A stretch of 64,000 bases of DNA, taken from positions 97,960,001-98,024,000 of the forward strand of contig NC_043003.1 in the NCBI RefSeq assembly GCF_006345805.1, given 5' to 3'. Under the pieces are notes generated by a model, which was not told the DNA's origin, did no database searches, and saw only the letters and a program-made list of their open reading frames with translations. Positions 22,611 through 35,079 of this stretch are shown here, piece by piece (positions within the stretch are counted from its first letter, which is position 1; every line of letters begins with the position of its first letter). Source of the DNA: Octopus sinensis. Its lineage: Eukaryota. The translations under genes were made by a program, and so were the position numbers.

Positions 22611-22950
22611 ACGTGGCTGAGTGGTAAGAAGCTTGCTTCCCAACCACATAGTTCCGGGTTCAGACCGACTGTATGGAACCTTTGAATATGTGTCTTCTAC
22701 TATAGCCTCGGGCTGACCAAAGCCTTGTGAGTGGATTTGGTAGATGGAAACTGAAAGAAGCCCGTCGTTTATGTGTGTGTGTGCTTGTCTCCACACCATC
22801 GCTTGACAACCGATGCTAGTGTGTTTATCTCCCCGTAACTTAGCGGTGCGGCAAAAAAATTTATAGAATAAGTACTAGGCATACAAACATTTTAAGGCGG
22901 TGCTCCAGCATGGCCATAGTCAAATGACTGAAATAAGTAAAAGAATGAAA
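22611..22950 (+). mobile_element. SINE family B
   Basis: Head, central and 3' motifs match the family. Confidence 0.85.
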
Positions 22951-23085
22951 GAATACACACACACACACACACACACAACACGAATAGAGAATGTATAAAC
23001 CATGGTATACAGAAACAAGTGTCTGTCATTTAAAAATACCGAATTACAAACAACGCAACTTTTTTTTCAAGTGGTAAGTATAGTT

Positions 23086-23156
23086 ATGTATGTATGTATG
23101 TATGTATGTATGTATGTATGTGTGTGTGTGTATGTATGTATGTATGTATGTATGTA

Positions 23157-23191
<35 letters not shown>

Positions 23192-23417
23192 ATGTATGTA
23201 TGTAGGGATGGATGGATGGATGGATGGATGGATGGATGGATGGATGTAGGGATAGATGGATGGATGGATGTATGTATGTATGTATGTATGTATGGATGTA
23301 TGTATGTATGTATGTAGGGATGGATAGATGTATGAATGGATGGATGTATGTATGGATGTATGGATGGATTTATGTATGTATGTAGGGATGGATGGATGCA
23401 TGCATGCATGCATGCAT
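23086..23417. repeat. (TATG)n/(GATG)n/(TGCA)n microsatellite
   Basis: Direct reading. Confidence 0.95.
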
Positions 23418-23419
23418 CC

Positions 23420-23737
23420 TTTCTGCACAAGGGCCGAAATTTTGGAGGATAAGGCTAGTCAATTATGGCGGAGGTAAAGAATACGTACACCACCTGTTTT
23501 CGGCGTAACAAAAAACCCTAACTCTAACCCTAACCCCTCAATACCCGGTGTACGTATTCTTTATTTTCGTCGTCAATTACATTCATCTCAGTGCTTGACT
23601 GGTAGCTATTTAACACCGAAAGGATGACAGGTAATGGTCGACCTCAGAAGAATTTGAACTCAGAACACGAGGACAGGCGAAATGTCGCTATGCGTTTTAT
23701 CCGACGCTGTTAACGATTCCGCCAGCTCGCCGCCTTT
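23420..23737 (-). mobile_element. Degenerate SINE family A interrupted by a mini-MITE
   Basis: Family A motifs on both sides of 23467-23571. Confidence 0.75.
23467..23571. mobile_element. 105-bp mini-MITE with a CCCTAA core
   Basis: Inverted repeat TAAAGAATACGTACACC/GGTGTACGTATTCTTTA; TSD GTCAATTA at 23458-65 and 23572-79; internal ACCCTAACTCTAACCCTAACCC. Confidence 0.8.
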
Positions 23738-24938
23738 GCGTGTTTAACAACAGCGAGCTGTTTAATAAGATATATCCAAGAAAAACGGCCTTCTGCCTTC
23801 ACTGAGCTTTATGGTACATAGCGATGCTGTAATAGAGCCATGATTTCTGTTTTTATTTTTACTTTTTCTCATGAATGAATGAATGAATACCTATGACATC
23901 TAACTTGTCCCAACAATGTCACTCTCCACTACCTCATCCTTTGCCTTTGTGACAATAATGTAATAATATAAACAGATTATTCTGCTCGGCTATTCCGTTC
24001 ACAGAGTCGGCAAAGAGAGAGAGAGGTTCCTTCGTTGGCTCATACATGTATATACGTATATGCATGCATGGTAAATTCCAAAGAGCCTGGCGAGACGGAC
24101 CCGCCGTCTGCTCTGATTAATCCTTTGAAGTCAATATTTCACTCACGCTTTTATGTGATGAATGATCTTACGAATTATTTTGAATACGTAGGAGACAAAG
24201 AGAATTATTTTTGCATCGCAGTGGAAACGGAATAGATAAGTGTCGAATTTTAGGCTTTATTATGGCTGGCTAGAAGACGACGAAGACAACTTGGAAACAA
24301 GTGGCTGGTGCATTAAGATATAAACTTAATATACCGGCGATTCATATTATGATTTTACCTTTTTATCACTTATAGACAATGTCATAGAAAAGTAAGTCCG
24401 TAAGCGGCATGCTAGGTTGCTACACACACACACACACACACATACACATACACACACACATCCATATACACACGCATGCACATATTCATATACATGCACA
24501 CACGCACTCACTCACTCTGAGGCCTCTTCTGTTGTTACTCTGAGCTTCTTGTTTTTGTTTTCCACTTTCTATATTTGATGACTACTGGAATCCACGAAGA
24601 AGTTCATGTAGACATTATTTGCTTTATAGGCGGCTTCTGTGCTCTCATACATATATATATAACACTTACACACACACATTCATTCATACAAACAGTAACA
24701 CATACAAGCACACGTACTTTTCACTGATTTCTTCCTTCACTCAATACAGCTAACGATGCCTGCGAAAGGATTAAAAATCATTATATTTAGAGAAGACGGT
24801 AATAATCATGTTTCCGGCATAGTAGGATTAGAAAAACAAGATGTATTTCCTGAAACAAGCTACTGAACATCAGCAACGCAAGCTGACTGCTGTGCTTACG
24901 GTATATATGATATAAATAACGCCACCGCTGATGTAAGC

Positions 24939-25010
24939 GGCTCGTTGGTCTAGGGGTATGATTCTCGCTTAGGGTGCGAGAGGTCCCGGGTTCGAATCCC
25001 GGACGAGCCC
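24939..25010 (+). tRNA. tRNA-Pro(AGG): tRNA-Pro, anticodon AGG
   Basis: GGCTCGTTGGTCTAGGGGTATGATTCTCGCTTAGGGTGCGAGAGGTCCCGGGTTCGAATCCCGGACGAGCCC. Canonical 72-nt eukaryotic sequence with anticodon stem CTCGC/GCGAG, intact A and B boxes, downstream TTTT and T-run terminators, and upstream TATAAATA at about -28. Confidence 0.97.
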
Positions 25011-25537
25011 CACTGTTTTGCTTCGCTTTAGTTTTTTTTTTTTTAAGCAGTAATTTTTTTTTCTCATGACCTAAATCAATGTTATATCGACTTACTTGCC
25101 TTCTGACTATTTACTCTTCGTTTATTTTTTTACCAATGATCGTCAACTGACGTCCGACTTATGTAAGCAGCAAGCTAAGCTCATAAAGTAAATTGGCGAA
25201 CCGGTTTCGATTTCGTGTTGGGAGCCATCTCGTTTTATTTCTGGTTAAGTTTCCTTATCATGATTTGATACTTTCCTATCTTTCTTGTTATTCTCGGAGT
25301 CTTAATAGCTGTCCTCCCCTCACTCCAGTGAGAGCAATCTGGAAAAGCGGTTTCGAATCTCGATGAATACTTTTCCCTTCACTTATGGTGGAATGCAATA
25401 ATCCTAATTAAATCTCATTAATAAAATATAGACGTTATGTATAATTATGCACAAAGACAATAAAACTTTGAAAGAAACTACCTACACTTAAGTAGAGACA
25501 AATTTTAGAACTTCGAAGTCACTGTCAATATTTTCCC

Positions 25538-26790
25538 GGATCTTTTCGGTTTGAACGGCAGTTTTTTTAAATAATTTCCACGTAACTAAACACTTTTAAA
25601 CTTCGTATACTGGTAGAATGTGTTTATAAAAATCTTTTTCTCTTGGCTTTATTGAGAAAATTCTAGGATCTTTTCCTTTTGAACGGCAGTTTTCAACACA
25701 ATTTCTAGTAAACTAAACACTTTTAAACTTCGTATACTGGTAGAATGTGTTTATAAAACATCATTTTTTCTTGGCTTTATTGAGAAAATTCTATATGTTG
25801 TAACATATTTCGACTTTAATTTCGAGCATTTCGGCAATTTTAACCAATCGCTGACCTCCATTTGGGGTGAAAACATTCCATGCTGTATGAATATGTCCCT
25901 CGTTTAAGAAACAGATTGGGTTTATTTACATTTGCGAAGAAAAAAGATACCCTTCCCCCACCCCTAACCCTAACCCTAACCATAACTCTAAACCTTACCC
26001 TAAAATAGATTGAAATGCAATAGATCGATACTAGGGTTATAATTATGGGTGACAATTTCATAAGACATCGCTACGGAAAATGGGATTTTTTTCTAGCGGT
26101 GTCAAATGAAATTGTCACCCATAATTATAACCCTAGTATCGATCTATTGCATTTCAATCTATTTTAGGGTAAGGTTTAGAGTTATGGTTAGGGTTAGGGT
26201 TAAGGGTGGGGGAAGGGTATCTTTTTTCTTCGCAAATGTAAATAAACCCAATCTGTTTCTTAAACGAGGGAAATATTCATACAGCATGGAATGTTTTCAC
26301 CCCAAATGGAGGTCAGCGATTGGTTAAAATTGCCGAAATGCTCGAAATTAAAGTCGAAATATGTTACAACATATAGAATTTTCTCAATAAAGCCAAGAAA
26401 AAATGATGTTTTATAAACACATTCTACCAGTATACGAAGTTTAAAACTTTTTTAGTTTACTAGAAATTGTGTTGAAAACTGCCGTTCAAAATGAAAAGAT
26501 CCAAATTATATGGTTTGTAAGATATTTGTTGTTGTTTTTTCTTCAATTTCTGCAATTTCAACCAATCAATGACGTCTATTGAGGTGAAAACATTCTGTGC
26601 CGTATGAATATGTTCCTCGTTTAAGAAACAGATTGGGTTTATTTACATTTCTGAAGAAAATAAAGATACCCTTCCTCCCACCCCTAAACCTAACCCTAAC
26701 TAACACTAACCCTAAAACAGATTGAAATGCAATAGATCGATACTAGGGTCATAATTATGGGTGACAATTTCATATGACACCGCTAGATCC
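25538..26790. mobile_element. Outer GGATC-family element with a perfect 8-bp TSD
   Basis: ATTTTCCC at 25530-37 and 26791-98; ends GGATCTTTTCGG...CCGCTAGATCC. Confidence 0.85.
25666..26502. mobile_element. Inner foldback GGATC-family MITE (arms of about 400 bp) nested in the previous element
   Basis: Near-perfect palindrome centred at about 26085; 8-bp TSD AAATTCTA/AAATTATA; CCCTAA-like tracts in the arms. Confidence 0.92.
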
Positions 26791-27236
26791 ATTTTCCCTG
26801 TTAATAAACACGTATGTATGTATGTATGTATGTATGTATGTATCTATGTATGTATCTATGTATGTATCTATGTATGTGTGCATGTATGTATGTAAGGAGC
26901 ATTCATCGACTTAACGTAGTAGGCATGTACTATGTATGAGTGCTCTGTTTGGTTTACCATTGAAGCTCCAGTTTCAGCAGCAACTGAACGTGTGATGTTG
27001 AGACTGACTATCAGAAGCGGTTATATGTGGTTATTCCTTGAGCAGATAAAAGATTAAAGTAAAAATGAAAAAGCAAGCCGTTTGCATCACTTGAAAAAGA
27101 CGTTTAATATAGATCGAGAATATAGCTATACAGAGTCTCTGTCTGTCTGTCTGTCTGTATGTATGTATGTATGTATGTGTATGTATGTATGTATGTATGT
27201 ATGTATGTATGTATGTACGTATGTATGTATGTATGG

Positions 27237-27555
27237 GAAGGGTCTTCCTATGATGCTGACATGCAGTGTCTGTGCAAGACCCTGCCTCAGTAAAGCTGGA
27301 CTCAAGAGTCATCTTCGTAGTCATAAAGCGAAACAGATGAGTGACAACCTGGCCACTGGTGGTGGTGCTACACACCATACTAATCATATCTCTCAGGTAT
27401 GTGGAAGAGAGTGTAATTCAGCAGGAGGACTTAAACGACATGCAAAGGTACATGAAACCCAGTAGCAACTACAGCCGGCTATTGCAGGTAAAGGTTTTAG
27501 CTGCCAATTCTGTACAAGACATTGTAGATTTTTAGCTGCGCTAAAAAGTCACATT
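27237..27555 (+). pseudogene. Cluster of degenerate C2H2 zinc fingers at the 5' side of a LINE remnant
   Basis: CSVCARPCLSKAGLKSHLRSH; (S)QVCGRECNSAGGLKRHAKVH; CTRHCRFLAALKSHIRSQH. Confidence 0.7.
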
Positions 27556-27589
27556 CGATCACAGCACCAATAACAGTTAAGCTTCGTGC

Positions 27590-28172
27590 AATGGCCGTAC
27601 TCGATAACGAGGGGGAAGCCATCATCTGGAAAAGATTTTCTAACTAGAAAGGGTATGGCCTGGTCAGCCTGTATTGACATGCATAAGATCTGGTCATCAA
27701 TTCTAAGTAGAGACTTCAAACTTGAAATCTTCAAAGCCACAGTCGAACCAATTCTACTATATGGCTCAGAAACCTGGACGTTATCAAAGAAGCTTGAGAG
27801 GCGGTTGGATGGAACCTACACTCGCCTCCTTATGAGAGCTCAAAATCTCTCGTGGAAGCATCATCCAACCAAAATACAAATATATGGGAAACTACCACCT
27901 GTGTCATCTCTTGTGAAAGGTAGGAGAGTCCAGTTTGCTGGACATTGTTGTAGAGCTGAAAAACGAGGCAATTTCTACTCTTCTCCTCTGGAAGCCATCT
28001 ACTCGCAATACCAGAGGGCGCACACTCTCCTACCCTGATGTAATCTTCAGGGATACAGGCATCCAGCAACAGGACCTCCGTAATGCAATCATGGACCGTG
28101 AAGTCTGGCGTAGCATGGTAAATTCCATTGTCTCGACCACGGTCGAACAATGATGAATGATTATGATCATGT
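27590..28172 (+). mobile_element. RTE-like LINE RT C-terminus and 3' end
   Basis: AWSACIDMHKIW...FKATVEPILLYGSETWTL...LDGTYTRLLMRAQNLSW...VQFAGHCCR...LLLWKP, with an (ATG)-rich tail. Confidence 0.92.
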
Positions 28173-28575
28173 ATATATGTAATCGTTTCAGGGAGAGTCG
28201 TCGCCATACTCCCCCAACAAACCCTTCTGACGAGCGCTCGAATTAGGTATTACTCCAAACACTTGCGTGAAAAACCGATTGGTAAAATCGGCTGAAATGT
28301 ATGATTAATACTGTTTGTATAAATATTAATACACGTGCAGCATGTATGCTACTGACGCAATAAGTCTTGTGCTGTATGCAACATGAATGTACTACAAATT
28401 ATATCTATTGTAGTAATGTAAATTTTAGCCTTCACACACTGGATATATATAAACAAATGTCTTTAACAATTGTTTCGTATGCAGAAAAATTTGAAGCCGA
28501 TCTGACCCGTTCCAGTCATATTTGGGAATATGTAGCTGAAACCCCGTACTCAGAGTAATTGTATGTATAGTTAAG

Positions 28576-28945
28576 GATCTTTTCGGTTTGGCTGCCAGCA
28601 TCTCAAAAATTAGAGTTCACCGAAATTTTTTAAACTTTCGCACAATAATACACTCGTACTGAATTGCTGAAGTTATTTCATTTTTGGATCTTTACCTTTT
28701 GACCTACAGATTTTAAAAATAATTGTTTGTAGGTCAAAAGGTAAAGATTCAAAACATATTTTACTCTTAGCATTTTTCAGAAAAACTTATATTTACGAAG
28801 TAATTTCACGTTAAAGTAGTCCTATTTCGGTAATTTCAATCAATCAATGACGTGTATTCAGCTGAATAAAATTACTGCCGTTGCTTGGCAACAGCAACTA
28901 TCGGCGGTGTTAAAGACCGTGCACAACATATCTGGATCTTTCCTT
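28576..28945. mobile_element. Degenerate GGATC-family fragments, including a short hairpin of about 65 bp at about 28685-28750
   Basis: GGATCTTTACCTTTTGACCTACA...TGTAGGTCAAAAGGTAAAGATTC. Confidence 0.65.
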
Positions 28946-28949
28946 TTCC

Positions 28950-29068
28950 TATGTTTCTGACGAAGAGCTCTTCCGCTCTTCCCTTCCTTCCTGAGCATCC
29001 AATAATACTATATTTGTTCCACGTCCTCGCGTTGTTGTGTTTTCCCTTTGTGTTTTCATGTTTGGATT

Positions 29069-29072
<4 letters not shown>
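28950..29072 (+). mobile_element. PLE-type pseudo-LTR remnant with a decayed hammerhead, next to (TA)n
   Basis: TTT-CTGACGA-A-GAGC-tcttcc-GCTC, but the GAAAC half is missing; same layout as 41386-41535. Confidence 0.5.
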
Positions 29073-29155
<83 letters not shown>

Positions 29156-29328
29156 TTATAAATGAGGGTGAAAAATTGATATTAATTTAATAATACCATT
29201 AATTTAACACCGAGTGGCTTAGCACAATGTAATGTTGTTTCTAGTTGGAAACATCATTTCTGTCGCTATACTATCGGAGCTATTTTTAGTACTAGAGCTA
29301 TCCACATAGCGGTAACTCTCTAATAATT

Positions 29329-29394
<66 letters not shown>

Positions 29395-30171
29395 ATGATA
29401 TTTACCACGCGAACTACGATGAAAAATATATGAGAAAGATATAGTATATAATTTTTTTTGTGTAGAGCTTCCTTGAGACATGCAATTTATTTTAAGGGTT
29501 ACGCAAGGGTAAAAAGGATGAGAAACACTGTTCTAGAGGGGCTCCTAGAAAAATGTCTCGATGCTAATTGGTTCATAACTAGGCTGATTACATGAAAAGG
29601 CTGTTACTAAACCATGATTTTTACTTACTAATTTGTCAATTAGATTTCCAATCTTGCTGCAGGTGTATTTGATAAGAAGAAAGAAGGTGATTTTGAGTCA
29701 GTGTACCTTGATATCCGGGTGAGAGAAGTGATTGGTGTGAAGTATAGGACCTAGGTATGCGCAAACACTAAGCTTTGTAGTGACGTTTGAGTAAAGAATA
29801 TAGCTTAGAAAGCAGAAATGGGCGTCACAGGCCTAGGCATATTGTGGCTTTCAGTCAATAAATAAAAACTATAGGTCCTAGTGCTGTGATTTACCCTGGA
29901 GCCTATAAAGACGGCCCTGTGTGTGTGAGTGGGGAGGATATGTTGGAATCAGAGTCTACGGATGTTTAAGAAGAGGATGGAGATTTGTCTTGCGGGTTGA
30001 GTTTTAGTTTGGGTATTCAGAGAAATGTCAAGAGTGTCGGTACCCTGAGTGACCACGACCTCACTCTGCCGAGTCAATGGGCCAAAGTGTAGCGTTAGAC
30101 TAAGCAGGGTAACTGATCTGTCACCCACAAAACATCCATAGTAACATAGCCAAGCAACGTGAACGTGAAGG

Positions 30172-30385
30172 GGGCGAGCTGGCAGAAACGTTAGCACGCC
30201 GGGCGAAATGCTTAGCAGTATTTCGTCTGTCTTTACGGTCTGAGTTCAAATTCCGCTGAGGTCGACTTTGCCTTTTATCCTTTCGGTATCGATAAATTAA
30301 GTGCCAGTTGAGTACTGGGTCGATCTAATCGACTAGCACCCTTCCCCAAAAATTTCGGGCCTTGTGCCTAGAGCAGAAATGAATA
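30172..30385 (+). mobile_element. SINE family A head with an alternative 3' end
   Basis: Family A head; ends AAAATTTCGGGCCTTGTGCCTAGAGCAGAAA (a related end occurs at 23420-23450). Confidence 0.85.
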
Positions 30386-30393
30386 TTCGAGAA

Positions 30394-30431
<38 letters not shown>

Positions 30432-30957
30432 CATGTCTGCACGCGCGCGTCTGAGTGAGTGCGCGCACTCACTTGTGTATAAAATTGATGCAGCATGACC
30501 GAATGGTTAAGAAGTTCGCTTTGCAGTCACGAAGTCCCGGTTTCAATCCCACTTTGTGATACGCGGGTAAGTATCCTTTATCATAGATTCGAGTCAATCC
30601 GAGTCTTGCCTGTGGCGGAAACTAATTGAAGCCTGTCAGATGGACTGTATTCATAATTCAAAAGTCCAAACTTGTTCTAATGTGTCACGTTGATTCTGTC
30701 TGAGAATTAAATTAGGAGTAAATGTGTCTGTGGAACAGATAATAGTAGTGATATCAGCAGCCGTTCAAGAATTTGGACCTGGAGATCTCCATTTCCAGCG
30801 ACTTCGAGGGCCACCTCCCAGTGGTGTCGGGCGTCAACGAAGAGCCCTTGACTACAACAAGACGACCAAAGTTTTGTTTTTTTTCCCCCCAAGGTCTGGG
30901 GTCTCCCGCCCCTAAGCCCTAGACCATCACTTAATCACCCTTACCCGTCTTGTTGCT

Positions 30958-30982
30958 TAACAACAACAACAGCAGCAGCAGC

Positions 30983-31020
<38 letters not shown>

Positions 31021-31033
31021 AAGAAGAAGAAGA

Positions 31034-31108
<75 letters not shown>

Positions 31109-31195
31109 GGTGGTGGTGGTGGTGGTGGTGGTAGTTGCTGTAATAGTAGCTGCAGCAGAAGCCGCAGTAATAGTAATAGCATTAGTAGTACTAGT
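30958..31195. repeat. Compound trinucleotide tract (AAC/AGC/AGT/AAG/GGT)
   Basis: Direct reading. Confidence 0.95.
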
Positions 31196-31214
31196 TACCA
31201 TTAGAAAGACTAAA

Positions 31215-31992
31215 ACATTTAGTTACTGTCGCTAACAGATAGAAAGGTAACAGAATGGAGATATTAACTTACTAATTGCTACCAGTGACCACAGACATAT
31301 TAAGTTACTGTTGCTAAAAGATGGAGAGACCACATAATAGTAGAAACGTAGTTGTGACGAAGCCAAAAAGAAGCATTTAGTTGCTATTGCTAACAAACGG
31401 GGGGGGGGGAGGAACACATACTAGGAACATCTAGTTACTGTTGCTAATAGATAGGAAGATCAAACAAACATTTAGTTATGGTTGTTAACAGATGGAGAGG
31501 CCACAGAGTAAGGGTTATTAAGTTACTGTTGCTAACAGTGATCACGTAGAGCTATTAATTTATTGTTGCTAACAGATGGAAAGACTAGATAGTAGAAACA
31601 TGTAGTCGTTGTTACTAACAAATGGTATCGTCAAACAGAAGCATTTAGTTGCCGTTGCTAACAGACGGAGAGGCCTCGTACTAGGACCATCTAGTTACTG
31701 TTGTTAACAGATGGAGAGGCCACTTAGAAATATTTACTTACTATTGCTAACAGATGGAGAAACTACATTGTAGAAACATTTATTTGTTGTTGCTAACAAA
31801 CGGCATGGTTAAACATTTAGTTGCTGTTACTAAACAGATGGAGAGACCACATAGTAGAAACATCTAGTTACTGTTGCTAACAGATCGATACACCACATTC
31901 TAGAAACGTTTAGTTGTTGCTAACAGAATCCACGCAGAAACATGTAGTTACTGTTGCTAACGGAGGTGCAAAACATTTAGTTATTGCTAAGA
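31215..31992. repeat. Degenerate minisatellite, units of about 30-50 bp, core TAGTTACTGTTGCTAACAGATGGAGAG
   Basis: Roughly 18 recurrences of the core, with variable linkers such as CCACATAGTAGAAACAT. Confidence 0.9.
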
Positions 31993-33357
31993 GATGCTTC
32001 AACGAAGTCAAAAAAAAAGTTTATAAACTCTGTAAATAACGGTTTGTCATTATTTGCAACACACACAAAAAATGTTTTTCGTTAAAACGAGTCTCTTAGG
32101 GAAATTATTTTCAATATCTCTCTTCCTTGCTCTCTATCCTTCCCTTTCCCTCTTCTTCCTCCTCCCTATCCTTCACCCGGTCCTTCCCTCACCTTTCCCT
32201 CTCTTTCCTTCCGGCTCCTCTCTCCCCTTCTTTCCCTCCCTTTCTCTTTCTCTCTCCCCCTCACGCCCACTTCATTATTTCTATCTTATTCTGCTGTGAT
32301 TTTTGGTTTTAACCGTTTTCGAAATTTAACCGTTTACCATTTAATTTTTTTATTTTTTTATTTTTTATTGCATATTTGATAGGTCCTATAAGATTCAATA
32401 TTCAACCATACACACAAGCACACTTAATGCATCTGCAAACCAACTAACCTAAGTGCTTTTACACAAACAAAACATAGTTTTTTTCGACTTGCTATAGAAG
32501 CGTAGTCAAATGTCCCTCAAGTCACATCCTGCGATTCTTTAAAATATATATATAAGATATATGCAGTTGAAACAGACAGAATGGTCACAGCTGGAGTATA
32601 TTTGATCATAGGTCAGTACTTGTTTAGATCTGACCTGGGATTAAACAACATGCTTGACATATTTCAATCCTAAAAGAGTCTAATGAAGAATTAACCAAAA
32701 ACAAAATGAGGAAATAGGAATATCGGTTTTGACGTTTAGCCCCAGGTCAGACCTGAACGGGTAGAACTACAATCAATGGCATGTAGTCCAAGATATATGT
32801 CTGAAAATGACAATCATGTAGTAATGTATCTTGGGCGACATTAAGCAATGTGACTATATCTAAAACAACAGTGTAATTGAAAAGACATTTGGCTGTTATT
32901 TCTAGCTTGTAGAGACAGACACAACTTCCGAAATATTAAAAGTAGTTGTGTTTTAGTCCCAGGTCAACACTAATCCGGTAGACTTATCAAAAGCGTTCCA
33001 GTCGTGACCACCCAGTCTTTTATTTAAGTACAGTCTCTTTAGGAAAGTTATTTTGCAATGAATTCTTCCTAAAAGAAAAAAGTGATTGGTGGAAGATTTG
33101 GCTGCTAATTCTAGCAGGCCGAGCGACCGAGTAGAAGCATTATCGTTGATTAGACGTTGGTGGGTGAAGTAGGGATGTTGGTGGTGGTGGTTGTTGTGGT
33201 TGAAGTAGAGGTGGTTGTGATTGAAGTGGTGGTGGTGGTGGTGATGGTGTGGCGGCTGTGGTGAAAGAGAGGGTAGTAGCGGGGGTTATGTGATGGTTTT
33301 CTAAGAATTTTTTTGGCCGGGCAAAGAGGTCTAGGTATTGAGAAAGTTAGATGTTAT

Positions 33358-33399
<42 letters not shown>

Positions 33400-33656
33400 T
33401 ACCCACCACCACCATTACTTCAGCTACCAAAATCGTTCTGCTACTGCACACATGGACGTAAACATGCATAGATAATATTCTTATATTAATTTTTAATACT
33501 TTTTGAAAAGAAATGTGAATAACTACGATAATGATTAAATTCAACTAGGAATAAACTAATGGAAGATGGCAAGAAACTCTATCCTTGTTTGTTTAGCTTC
33601 TTACTAAAGGAATCTTTTAATAACATCTGTAGTTCTTTACGCCAATTCTAGGGTTT

Positions 33657-33725
<69 letters not shown>

Positions 33726-33833
33726 TATATATGTATGTATATGTATACATATATATATATATACGTATGTATATATGTATATATATATGTACGTATGTAT
33801 ATATATATATATTATATAATGTATGTATGTACG

Positions 33834-33899
<66 letters not shown>

Positions 33900-34091
33900 A
33901 TATATTTCAGATTAATATTCTCATTGCTTCACTTAGTCATATTTCTTTGTTGTTGTTGTTGTTGTCGTTGTTCTTCTTCTTCCTCTTCTTCGTCTTCTTG
34001 ATGTTGTAGTTGTTGATTCTAATCTAAAGCCCAGTCGGTAATTTTTCACTCTCAAGTGGGAAACCAATTCGCTGGAGAAATACATCTATAG

Positions 34092-34134
<43 letters not shown>

Positions 34135-34296
34135 CGTGTGTGTAGTGCCCTCTTAATATATGTGTTTGTGTGTATGTATGCATATACATGCAGGCATATA
34201 TATATATACTGAATGCAAAATACTATGTACCCTTCCCTCTGGGGATGCGTGCGCGAACATGTATATTCAGTTATGTATATCTATGTATGTGTATAC

Positions 34297-34349
<53 letters not shown>

Positions 34350-35079
34350 GTAATGTGTGTGTGTGGTGTGTGTATGTATATATATATATATATATATATA
34401 TTCATGCACATTGCATTCATGTATTTACACATATATATGTACGTAAATATATATATATATATATACATACATACACACATACGTATGCATATATATATAT
34501 ACACACACATTCAGGCATACACTCATCCATCCGTACCTACGCGCGCGCGCGCACAGGCACAAAATGCGCGAGCGCGTTTCTCCTTTGGTATTTTATCTTC
34601 GAGAGTGAATTTCATTTTCATTTCCATGCAGACATTAAATGGAATTTCTTATTGAGCAACATTTAATGGAATTTCTTGTTTCCTGCTGAAAGATTCGTTT
34701 TTTTTTCCCTCTAAATGAATTAGATCTGCGATGCGAAACACACGTGTCAATCTTATCTATTTCTCAATTTATCTACTTTATATATATGTATGTAAACATA
34801 AATATTTGCAGTCACACAAAAGATAAATTAGGCCGGCACATCGAGATTTCGAGGTCACTGTCACCTTTATAAAAGTTTAATAAACTTGTATCCGATGAAA
34901 AGTATTGAGTAATCCTTCAGTTTAATGTTAAATTGCTTTTTTTATGTATATATATAACTTGACGGCGAAGTTAATCACTTGACAAAAGCCTTAATAACAT
35001 TCATACAGACACACACACATATATATACATACATAAATATACACACGAATGTGTGCGTATGTATAAAACTACATAGACG

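Noticed and set aside
25963-26002. TTAGGG-like tracts as interstitial telomere
   Set aside because: Short, degenerate, and integral to MITE arms.
26897-26945. Possible HDV-like ribozyme at the LINE 5' end
   Set aside because: A P1-like stem exists, but I could not build P2, P3/L3 or J4/2; kept only as a hairpin.
28222-28248. CTGACGAGCGCTCGAA hammerhead-like string
   Set aside because: No GAAA and no stem III or UH site.
30724-30915. 63-aa ORF with RQRRA (furin-like) motif and coding-like composition
   Set aside because: Weak splice signals and no recognisable homology; cannot be supported as an exon.
31215-31992. CRISPR-like repeat-spacer appearance
   Set aside because: Animal context, no cas genes, degenerate repeats and mutually related spacers.
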